Shown here piece after piece: positions 38,684 through 47,392 of a DNA stretch of 64,000 bases. Both the position numbers and the translations under genes were made by a program. The notes below the pieces were generated by a model, which was given only the letters and a program-made list of their open reading frames with translations, was not told the DNA's origin and did not search any database. The first letter of the stretch is position 1; the number at the start of each line of letters is the position of its first letter. Source of the stretch: Candidatus Poribacteria bacterium (GTDB lineage: Bacteria; Poribacteria; WGA-4E; WGA-3G). The DNA is taken from positions 928,001-992,000 of the forward strand of contig CBDANF010000003.1 in the NCBI GenBank assembly GCA_965197475.1, read 5' to 3'.

Positions 38684-39930
38684 TAACCCTCCGTTCCTTT
38701 TTCCGCTATGCTTTCGACCTGTTTGTCTGTCATCGCGAACATATCACCCATTACATCACCGAAGAAGTTTTCAGGCCAATTTTTAATGTCACCGGATTCG
38801 CTGTCTACATCTAACTTTTCAATTTCAGAAACACCTTCATCGTTCCGACAAAAATAGAATGCAGTCTGACCTGCAGCAATCCTTTCTTCGACGATTCGTC
38901 TTTGCAAACGAGTTAACAGATGTTCACTGTGGCTTTCTACCAGAATCTGTAGTTTCCGCTCCGTGATAACCTCTATAAAGAAGTCCGCGAGTTCAGATTG
39001 AACTTTTGGATGAAGATGAACGCCAGGTTGCTCCAGAATCAGCGTTGAACCTTCCTCCACATAGTAGCAATAAATTAGCATAGGTAAAACATCAGCTAAG
39101 CCATATCCCATGTCTGCTAATGTCACTTCCGCGCTGCTGGGGCTTTTTCGGATGCGAACTTCGTAATTTTGATCGTCTAAAGACTTGGTCGGAATAACCC
39201 GAAACGAATGGGCGAGCTCCATCTTTTGAAGCCACTCTGAAATCCGATCTTCAATTAGTACTGCGTCCTCTTTATTAGAGGATTTTAACTTCCGCACCCC
39301 CGCCGAAAGGACGGCATCAATTGCCCCACCTCCCCATTGGTCAATCCCTTTCGGATGTGTGCCTTTCCAATGATGGTGGCGTTGCGGTTGAATACGGACC
39401 GGACCAATGTAACGAACGCGATCAAAAAGTTCCTTAAGTTCAGATGTAAATTGATTTTTTGAACTCTCAGCTGATCCAGACCAACAGAGTTCTTCGTAGA
39501 TTCTTTGTGAGAAATCCGCGCATATTAATTCCTGATCTCCATACTTGAAACGGTAATAACCTTTTAGGCCAGGTAGCGTATTCTCTTGCCATAGGGCAGT
39601 AACTTCAAAAGTGAAACTGTCAACAGTCAGTGGATTGACTTCAATGGTAAATGGATTTTGAATCTTACATCCAAACCCTAACTCAAGTGATTCCTCTACG
39701 TTATGCCCATGAATTACCTCACGGAAACTTCCAAGATTGACAAGAGAATTTTCATCACCGAAAAAGAGAATTTCTTCGGTACCAATTGTCTGCTTAAGCA
39801 ATAGCAGCATCTGCAACAAGCTACTTTTCCCAGAACTATTTGTCCCGAAAAAACCCGTTAACGGCGCAAGTTCAACCTTACCACTATCCGCCCACGACTT
39901 GAAGTTTTTCATTCGCATAAATGTAATCAT
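38683..39930 (-). CDS. ABC/AAA_21-type ATPase with DUF3696-like C-terminus (copy 1)
   Basis: Same motifs as copy 2; start MITFMRMKNFKSW. Confidence 0.85.
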   Translation of the reverse strand: MITFMRMKNFKSWADSGKVELAPLTGFFGTNSSGKSSLLQMLLLLKQTIGTEEILFFGDENSLVNLGSFREVIHGHNVEESLELGFGCKIQNPFTIEVNPLTVDSFTFEVTALWQENTLPGLKGYYRFKYGDQELICADFSQRIYEELCWSGSAESSKNQFTSELKELFDRVRYIGPVRIQPQRHHHWKGTHPKGIDQWGGGAIDAVLSAGVRKLKSSNKEDAVLIEDRISEWLQKMELAHSFRVIPTKSLDDQNYEVRIRKSPSSAEVTLADMGYGLADVLPMLIYCYYVEEGSTLILEQPGVHLHPKVQSELADFFIEVITERKLQILVESHSEHLLTRLQRRIVEERIAAGQTAFYFCRNDEGVSEIEKLDVDSESGDIKNWPENFFGDVMGDMFAMTDKQVESIAEKGTEG

Positions 39931-39990
39931 TTTTTCTGCCTCCGTGTTGACGCTATTTGTCTGAACCAGGGTTTTCAAGATTAGCAGACC

Positions 39991-40020
39991 GTAGGTTGGG
40001 TTGAGCTTGCGAAACCCAAC
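39991..40020 (+). repeat. GTAG REP flanking RAYT
   Basis: GTAG-GTTGGGTT-gagcttgcga-AACCCAAC, inverted relative to the copies at 40.6-40.8 kb. Confidence 0.85.
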
Positions 40021-40032
40021 AAATGATCCTTT

Positions 40033-40581
40033 TCATTCATTACCAACATCCAAATCAAACGAAACCCCACCACTTGATCCCCACAATATGTCATACAATC
40101 CAACTTGCACATAATTATGAAAACTTGAGTATTTCCAATCTTTTGGGGATTTCACGAAACCATGTTTGACCGGATTGTAGTGAATGTACTCGACATGTTT
40201 AGTAAAATCTTCATCGTCTCGAATAGTATGTTCCCAAAATCTACGCTGCCAAAATGCTCGTTCCTGTTTACTTTGGCGTGATTTTGATATAACATTTTCA
40301 TATCTAATTTGGCAATGACGACTGAAGTAGCTTTTGATTAACCGCCATCGCATTGAGTAATCGGCATCACCTTCGGGCAAAGTCCAGATGCTGTGCATGT
40401 GATCAGGAAGCAGAACAAAGGCATTGATTTCCATAGGATGCCGCTGCATCGTATATCGAAATGCTTGCCTCAGTAATTTTACGTTATCTGGAATGCAAAG
40501 GAAACGTCTACGATCGTGGGTGGCAAGAGTAAAGAAATATGTTCCACCCTTGATTTTTGACCGGTGATATCTCATACACAT
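40033..40581 (-). CDS. REP-associated tyrosine transposase (RAYT, IS200-like HUH)
   Basis: GGTYFFT, LPDHMH, WQRRFWEHTIRD and YIHYNPVKHG. Confidence 0.93.
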   Translation of the reverse strand: MCMRYHRSKIKGGTYFFTLATHDRRRFLCIPDNVKLLRQAFRYTMQRHPMEINAFVLLPDHMHSIWTLPEGDADYSMRWRLIKSYFSRHCQIRYENVISKSRQSKQERAFWQRRFWEHTIRDDEDFTKHVEYIHYNPVKHGFVKSPKDWKYSSFHNYVQVGLYDILWGSSGGVSFDLDVGNE

Positions 40582-40772
40582 AACCTTTATTTTGAATGAT
40601 GCGTTGGGTTTCGCAAGCTCAACCCAACCTACAGACTGAACTCATACACATAACCTTTATTTTGAATGATGCGTTGGGTTTCGCAAGCTCAACCCAACCT
40701 ACAGACTGAACTCATACACATAACCTTTATTTTGAATGATGCGTTGGGTTTCGCAAGCTCAACCCAACCTAC
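40571..40772 (-). repeat. Tandem repeat, ~2.9 x 70 bp, each unit containing a REP plus the RAYT translation start
   Basis: Unit CTCATACACATAACCTTTATTTTGAATGATGCGTTGGGTTTCGCAAGCTCAACCCAACCTACAGACTGAA starts at 40571, 40641 and 40711. Confidence 0.92.
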
Positions 40773-40786
40773 GGGCTACTGAACTG

Positions 40787-43474
40787 CTAAACCTTATACT
40801 CCTTCATCACTTCATCACCATAATGATTGATGACCTTTACCGCAATTTTCCCAGACTCAGGCTTGGCAAACGGGATGCTCTCTGTCCGATACAGTGCCTC
40901 CCACGCCTCCTCGTTAACTTCTGCTTTGAGTGCCTTTTGCAGCTGCTTATACGGTTCGTTTTCACCTGTGAAATATGCATGCCGCACAAAAAACGCTTCG
41001 CCGTTGTAAGCAGTATCAATGAACCAACATGCGATATCCTCTGGTGTATTCGAACGGAGTAATCCTTTCACTGGATCGTATACATCTACACCTAAGAGTT
41101 TGACAGAGATGGCGCCATCTTCATTTTCATCAATTTCAATATCAGGTTCCCCGAACACCATGAACAGATTGCCTTCACCTGTGTTTTTAAGCTCGCGCAC
41201 CATCAACTCAGGACTAATTTTGACAGGAAGTATCGGTAAACTCCCAATTCGCGTGTCCTCATCAGCGGTATACCCCTCAAATGCGAATGCTGCAACAATA
41301 AGCAGGTCGTACTCAGAGATTTTTCGCACAGCCTCCTTTGCAGCTTCCCGCATCCACTGCTTACCGACGGTATCATACTGCGGTCCGATGCTGATAGCAA
41401 CGCTCTGTGTTTTTTCGTCTTTGTCTGTCCACACACCTTCGGCATGGAGCCACTCACCGGGATGTTCCTCTAACCAATCAAAGGTGATGCGCTGTTCCTT
41501 GAGACGATTTTGCACGCCTGCTGTTTTGAGATGTTCAAGGATATGTTTGTGGTAATCTTGCACATTTTCAGGGGACGCAGACGGTGGCGCAGCACTCTCT
41601 ACGTCGGCAGGGTCAAAGACAAGATTCGGGGATAAACTTTCCACAGTGAAGGGACCTGTGACGCGAATCCGTTTTTTGTCTTGATAAGGTTGATCATAAA
41701 GAACTTCACTTTTGGCACGTTTCGCAGTTGATGCATCCATCGTCAATTGCCGTTCGCGTTTAAGTGAGAGCCATTCACGATGCATTTTTTGAAATTCCGT
41801 GTCCCATTCCGTATCGGTTTCAGTTGGCACCTCCCACTCTTCCCAATTTTGCCCGATAAGGCGGTTCATTTCGGCACGAAGCGGATCTAATTTCTCGGCA
41901 TATTCGGCATGGATATTGTCAATTTCTGTGTTATTTGCCATGTCTGAGAGGCTAACATACGGTGCAGTTTTATAGGAAAAACCACTCTTGATATCGTCTG
42001 CGTCTTGAAGGCGGTAGTAGGGATATTTGGCAGACATCAAACGAGTACGTGCCAATGCAAGAGCTACCTTTGAAGTATCTACTGTTATCCAACGTCTTCC
42101 CCACTGCTCTGCTACATAAGCAGTTGTGCCGCTGCCACACGTCGGATCAAGGACTAAGTCCCCTGGATCAGTTGTCATGAGTATACACCTTTGGATCACC
42201 TTAGGATTTGTTTCAACGACGTAAGTTTTTCCTGAACGTCCCCCTGCAGTATCTATCCATAGATTAGTAGTAGAACGTCCAGGAGAATCAGCTGGGTACC
42301 GAATATAACGTAGAGATTTTCCAGGAGCGAGAAGTCTGCCCTGTTTTGCCATTCGGTCTAATCCATCACGACTTGCTGCCCAACCTCTGTCGCTTGTAGG
42401 AACAAAAACTTTCCCTTCAAACTCGTAAGGATACGTTGCGTCACCAGCAGTTTGTGATGTCACTGAATAATCTACAAATCTCCGGCTTCCTTCAGGTAGC
42501 AAAGAAGGATCTTCTTTCTCCTTTCTTGTCATTCCACGGCGCGTACCATCTGGCAATTCAACCTTTTCGTAGGATTTTAGGAGAGGATCAGCAGAACGTT
42601 CATCCCATTCCATGTATAGTTGACGGTACTTCATCTCGTTTTTATCTTTTGCATACCATAATAGATAATCAAAAACTGAAGATATGGAAGAAGATGATGT
42701 CAATTCACCTCTTGTCCATGCCACAGTGGTAACAGCATTTTCACCACCAAATACCTCATCTAACACACATCGGACGAGATGGACGTTCTCATCGCTAATC
42801 TGGACGAAAATACTACCTGAATTGTGGAGCAATTCGTATGCAACGGTAAGCCGGTCACGAAGATAAGTGAGATAAGAGTGAATGCCCAACTCCCACGTAT
42901 CACGGAATGCTTTAATCTGTTCGGGTTGCGGTGTTACGCCTTCTATTTTCGCATCATCAACGCTCTGCTTTCGAGTACTAACCTGCCAATTACTACTAAA
43001 TTTGATACCGTAAGGCGGATCAAAAAAGATTGTCTGTACACTATTTTTAAATCCCTCTTTTTCTGCAAGAGAGTTCATGACTGCAAGCGAATCGCCAAGG
43101 ATAAAACGGTTATGCCAGTTTTGCTCGTGTTGGTAAAACTCAATTTTCTGGTCAAAGTCAAGGTCGTCGAATCCTTCAAAGAGTGTTCCAATCTGGTCTG
43201 ATTCCTTCTGCTGTTGCGCGCGAAGCACTTCAATGATGGCTTGCGGTTGGATATGCTCCTGAATGTAGATAGGAACGGCTTGCACCGCAAGATCATCATC
43301 GTTCTGCTGGTCTTTACCTTTCCAAACTAATTGCGGGTCAAGGGCAATATCGCGCGGGTAACGTGTTGGTGCGAAGTCATCATTTTCAGCAAAGCCGCTC
43401 AGTTCTTGGGTTGGGTTGTTAGGAAGTTTGTCGGTATGTTCATAATGGTTAATAGGTTTTTTCGGCATAGGCAA
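40787..43474 (-). CDS. mod: Type III R-M methyltransferase Mod subunit
   Basis: FDPPYG, LDPTCGSGTT and C-terminal KIAVKVINHYGDEV. Confidence 0.92.
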   Translation of the reverse strand: MPMPKKPINHYEHTDKLPNNPTQELSGFAENDDFAPTRYPRDIALDPQLVWKGKDQQNDDDLAVQAVPIYIQEHIQPQAIIEVLRAQQQKESDQIGTLFEGFDDLDFDQKIEFYQHEQNWHNRFILGDSLAVMNSLAEKEGFKNSVQTIFFDPPYGIKFSSNWQVSTRKQSVDDAKIEGVTPQPEQIKAFRDTWELGIHSYLTYLRDRLTVAYELLHNSGSIFVQISDENVHLVRCVLDEVFGGENAVTTVAWTRGELTSSSSISSVFDYLLWYAKDKNEMKYRQLYMEWDERSADPLLKSYEKVELPDGTRRGMTRKEKEDPSLLPEGSRRFVDYSVTSQTAGDATYPYEFEGKVFVPTSDRGWAASRDGLDRMAKQGRLLAPGKSLRYIRYPADSPGRSTTNLWIDTAGGRSGKTYVVETNPKVIQRCILMTTDPGDLVLDPTCGSGTTAYVAEQWGRRWITVDTSKVALALARTRLMSAKYPYYRLQDADDIKSGFSYKTAPYVSLSDMANNTEIDNIHAEYAEKLDPLRAEMNRLIGQNWEEWEVPTETDTEWDTEFQKMHREWLSLKRERQLTMDASTAKRAKSEVLYDQPYQDKKRIRVTGPFTVESLSPNLVFDPADVESAAPPSASPENVQDYHKHILEHLKTAGVQNRLKEQRITFDWLEEHPGEWLHAEGVWTDKDEKTQSVAISIGPQYDTVGKQWMREAAKEAVRKISEYDLLIVAAFAFEGYTADEDTRIGSLPILPVKISPELMVRELKNTGEGNLFMVFGEPDIEIDENEDGAISVKLLGVDVYDPVKGLLRSNTPEDIACWFIDTAYNGEAFFVRHAYFTGENEPYKQLQKALKAEVNEEAWEALYRTESIPFAKPESGKIAVKVINHYGDEVMKEYKV

Positions 43475-43548
43475 ATCTCCTTTCTCTTAATTTCATGCAA
43501 ACCCGAGATTCAAACAAAGAATCCCCAGATTTCCAATTGAATTTAGTA

Positions 43549-44607
43549 TCAACTGTCGTGACTTTGTAATCCTATTTCATCAAGCGTCTCTGCGGTCAAT
43601 GCTTTGTCAAAGATCAAATCAAGGCGGGCAAGACTCTGTATTAAGTTAATCTCGTTTTTAACAGACTCAGGAACAGTAGAAAATCGGGATTGTAGCAGTT
43701 TGATGATGTCTTCCCGTTTCGCTTGTTCTCTGCCTTGTTCTCTGCCTTGTTCAATACCTTGTTCTCTGAGAACGTCTGCCATTGACTTTGCCATGTTTTC
43801 TACCTCCATATTGTGTGTATGTTGTTCAACAAGCCGTATCAAGTCTTCATGTTCTTCAGCAGGATGCCGATGTAGGATAAACAAAATCAAATAGGTGATT
43901 GCCTTGCGTCGCTGCGGTGCTTGTGCTTCATCAAGCGTAATAAGGTGCGACACCGCTTCAAGCAGCACATTACTTAGCGTATCCTTATCAGCATTTTCCT
44001 TTTGAAGAACTGTTAGCAACCACCCTAATAGATGGTCTGTCTTTGTTAGCTCTGCTGCCTCTGTTTCATTTACGCTTAGAAACAACGTGTCAAATTTTGG
44101 AACAAACCGCGTGAGCACATCAGGAATATCCATTATCGCATTGAGGGTAAGCGGATTATTCCATTGCTTCTCACCAGTGTAATATACAATCGGAAGAATC
44201 GGACGAAACCGCGACTTACTTTTAGGCACATTGTTAGATTCCCATTCCCTGCGTTGAAAATCCCAAATTTGCATCATGTAAAACAACACACGGAAACCCA
44301 TTATCGGGTCAACCGTGGATTGATGTTCAATGAGAATATAGATAAGCAGTTCATCTGTTCCTGATTCGGTCTGAAAAGGCGCGCTAAACACCATGTCAGA
44401 CTCTTGTTCGCGAAGCGTGTCAGGAATAAAACTCCTGTTAATCTGTGAGAGACGATCGAAATCAATATACGTCACTAATTCACTTGCAAGGATTTCTAAC
44501 AAGCCTTGGACGAACTCTTTGTCTTCAAACAGCCATCGTGTACTTCGGTCAGGAAAGTGTTCAATCGGGATGTCAAGTAAATTGGGTATTTCTGGTTCTT
44601 TTGTCAT
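43549..44607 (-). CDS. Rpn family recombination-promoting nuclease/putative transposase
   Basis: ESDMVF...YILIEHQS, PIVYYTG and an EQGIEQGREQGREQ tail. Confidence 0.88.
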   Translation of the reverse strand: MTKEPEIPNLLDIPIEHFPDRSTRWLFEDKEFVQGLLEILASELVTYIDFDRLSQINRSFIPDTLREQESDMVFSAPFQTESGTDELLIYILIEHQSTVDPIMGFRVLFYMMQIWDFQRREWESNNVPKSKSRFRPILPIVYYTGEKQWNNPLTLNAIMDIPDVLTRFVPKFDTLFLSVNETEAAELTKTDHLLGWLLTVLQKENADKDTLSNVLLEAVSHLITLDEAQAPQRRKAITYLILFILHRHPAEEHEDLIRLVEQHTHNMEVENMAKSMADVLREQGIEQGREQGREQAKREDIIKLLQSRFSTVPESVKNEINLIQSLARLDLIFDKALTAETLDEIGLQSHDS

Positions 44608-44675
44608 AGTCTCTATTACATCAAAGCATCTTGCAACTCAACGCCAGACGGTTCAACATCAATCGGATAATCAGA

Positions 44676-45863
44676 TTAATCAGCAGCAGGTGCGAAGGTT
44701 TCAGGATTCTCTGCAGCTGCATCGTAATCGTCAATTAGTTTTGTAATAACAGGATTATCACCACAAAGCGGGCAATTTTCATCTCGCGAGACTTTCATTT
44801 CGCGATAAGTCATACCGAGCGCATCGTAAAGGATAAGTCTGCCGATAAGTGGCTCCCCGATACCGATAATATACTTAATTGCTTCCGTCGCCATCATTAC
44901 GCCAATTACGCCTGGGAGCACGCCCAGGACACCAGCCTCATTTCAGCTTGGCACCATGCCCGGTGGTGGTGGCGTGGGATACATGCATCGGTAGCACGGA
45001 CCTTCGTTCGGTTTAAAGAGGGTTACCTGTCCTTCAAACTGGAAAATACTGCCGTGAACGATCGGTTTATTCATAAGCACCGCAGCATCGTTAACGAGAA
45101 AACGGGTCGCAAAGTTATCACATCCATCCACAATTAGGTCATATTCAGAGAAAATCTCTTCAACATTGTCAGCAGTCAAACGGAGATTATACGGTGTAAT
45201 CTCAACATCCGGATTAAGCGACTTGATAGTCGTTGTAGCGGACTGAACTTTTGGTGTCCCGACAGCTTCTGTGCGATGGAGTATCTGACGCTGCAGGTTG
45301 CTTAACTCCACCACATCTGAATCAATAATGCCCATGTGTCCGATGCCAGCAGCACCAAGATAAACCCCCGCGGGTGAACCTAATCCACCTGCACCGACAA
45401 GCAAGACCTTCGCATCAAGCAGCTTCGCTTGACCACGTTCACCTACTTCTGTGAGCATAAAGTGTCGACTGTATCGGTCAAGCTGCTCATGGGACATCTC
45501 TTTATCTTGTGCGGTTGGAAAACCAGCGGCTGACCAATCTCGGTATCCACCTGCCATGGACACGGTATCTGTATATCCCATTTCACGAAGCGATTTTGCT
45601 GCGAGAAGCGAACGGAGCCCAGCAGCACAATAGACGACAACCTTTTGGTCCCGGTCAGGAATATAATCTTCAACAGAAAATTCCAGCATGCCACGTGTGA
45701 CGTGAACAGCATCGGGGATATAGCCCGCGCGATACTCATCTTCATCGCGAACATCCAGAAGCACAAAGTCGCTGCTGTTCTCCTGATCCGCTTTCACGTC
45801 AGCAACGGTCACTTCTGGAATTTCTGTTTTTGCCTCCTCTACGATTTGCCTATAGGACTTCAT
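44676..45863 (-). CDS. moeB: Selenoprotein rhodanese-MoeB fusion (395 aa; UGA=Sec at 44943-44945)
   Basis: Rhodanese CAAGLRS, GAGGLG, SNLQRQ and CYRC. PPPPGMVPS-TGA-NEAGVLGVLPGVIG is in frame where homologs have Cys; CPLC follows downstream. Confidence 0.9.
44901..44942 (-). promoter_or_regulatory. Bacterial SECIS element of moeB
   Basis: After UGA: AAUGAG-GCUGGU-GU-CCUGGG-cgugcu-CCCAGG-CGUA-AUUGGC; loop G at +22. Confidence 0.7.
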
Positions 45864-46058
45864 ATATTGTTCTCCAAAGTTTTATGTTTCTGTTTTGCCA
45901 AGACTGATTATCCCATAAGTTGAGAGGTGACAATCAGTCTACTATGATGACGATTCGCAATTTCTATTTTCGCAAGTGAGTGTCCGAAAATGTCATGGAT
46001 TCATCTCTAATCCTAAAACGATTATACCATGATTTCCTATCCTTGTCAACCATTTTGC

Positions 46059-46262
46059 CAGAGCCATTCAATTTTCGAAATACATATTGTTGTATAGGTT
46101 ATCATCATGTGTGGTCTGGCTTTTCACGCCACACATGATGGACTTCACCTTAGAGATTAGTCTAAAATCATTTGAGGTGAAAAATGACAAACAAAAGTCT
46201 CGTCATCTACTTGAAATGTTAGCAGAAGTTCCTGATTCTCGCAAGTCACAAGGCAAACGCTC
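46059..46262 (+). pseudogene. ISAs1-family transposase N-terminal remnant
   Basis: HLLEMLAEVPDSRKSQGKR matches the ISAs1 N-terminal pattern (L..vpDpR...GKR), then homology stops. Confidence 0.6.
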
Positions 46263-46463
46263 CCCGACAAACACCCATTTGCAATTTCTACCGAGATGTG
46301 TTAGAATAGGTCTATAATATATTATTGGAAACTACACCTACATTCAAATTGCCCGGAAGACGAATCGCTCTGATAGTGCCTTCATAACTATTTTCTCTAT
46401 TGTCTGTGCTGACACTGCTTGCTACTGGAAATGTTCCTATTTCTATATCTGTTATAAGGAGAG

Positions 46464-47168
46464 ATGATGACACTTTTCAAAAGGTATATTGCGCTGCTTT
46501 TGATTTTTATCGGCATCGCGCTGTTATGGAACACTGTTGTAATGTATCCGCTCAAAATCTTCGTTGTGTTTATGCACGAAGTGAGCCATGGACTTGCAGC
46601 GTATGCCACGGGTGGCAGTATCGTCGAAATTGAGGTTAATCCTCAACAAGGAGGGCTTGCGCTCACAAGGGGAGGCTCTCGGTTTTGGACCCTCACCGCA
46701 GGTTATCTCGGTAGTCTGTTGTGGGGTGGTATTATCTTGCTTTTGGCAGCGAGAACGCACTTGGGTAAAGTGATTAGTGTGTTGATCGGTATCGGCATGG
46801 TAGCTATCTCTATCGGTTTTGGTTCTAATATGTTTACGATCCTTTTCGGTGTCGGTTTTGGGGTAGTACTTATTGCTGTCGGATTGTTCCTTCCAGAGGT
46901 GATCAATGATTGGATATTACGGATCATTGGCGTAACAAGTTGCCTCTATGTAATTCTTGACATCAAGAGTGATGTTTTGGATCGGTCACATTTACGTTCA
47001 GATGCTCGGATGCTTGCAGAAGTGACATCTCTTCCGACAGAGTTTTGGGGCATATTGTGGATTGTCATCGCCATTGGGTTAACTTTCTGGTTTCTCTACA
47101 TCGCTGGGAAATCACCTGATTCTACAAATGCGGGTAGTACAGACTCTGTTTCTACGGATATGCGTTAA
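46464..47168 (+). CDS. M50B-like membrane metallopeptidase
   Basis: HEVSHG, AGYLG and SDA motifs with multiple TM helices. Confidence 0.88.
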   Translation: MMTLFKRYIALLLIFIGIALLWNTVVMYPLKIFVVFMHEVSHGLAAYATGGSIVEIEVNPQQGGLALTRGGSRFWTLTAGYLGSLLWGGIILLLAARTHLGKVISVLIGIGMVAISIGFGSNMFTILFGVGFGVVLIAVGLFLPEVINDWILRIIGVTSCLYVILDIKSDVLDRSHLRSDARMLAEVTSLPTEFWGILWIVIAIGLTFWFLYIAGKSPDSTNAGSTDSVSTDMR

Positions 47169-47377
47169 TTCTTAAGTGGGCCGAAGTCTATATTGTAATA
47201 GTTAAGCAGCCACACGCAGATACCTAACAGAAATAGAGGAATACAGATAAGCAGGATAAGGATAAAAAATCCCCATATCCAGGAACCTTTAGATTTTGCG
47301 ACGGTTGCCAAACGAGCGATCAACACCCCACCACCTATCAAAATAATAACAACGAGACCGAGTATCACCATCATCAT
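47165..47377 (-). CDS. Small two-TM hypothetical protein
   Basis: Two hydrophobic helices; AAGGA SD. Confidence 0.5.
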   Translation of the reverse strand: MMMVILGLVVIILIGGGVLIARLATVAKSKGSWIWGFFILILLICIPLFLLGICVWLLNYYNIDFGPLKN

Positions 47378-47392
47378 TTTTCTTTCCTTTCT

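Noticed and set aside
40571-40772. Possible CRISPR array
   Set aside because: The units are identical end to end with no unique spacers and no cas genes; they are explained as REP-containing tandem repeats.
40787-43474. Phase-variable mod gene
   Set aside because: No simple-sequence repeat tract was seen in or upstream of the ORF.
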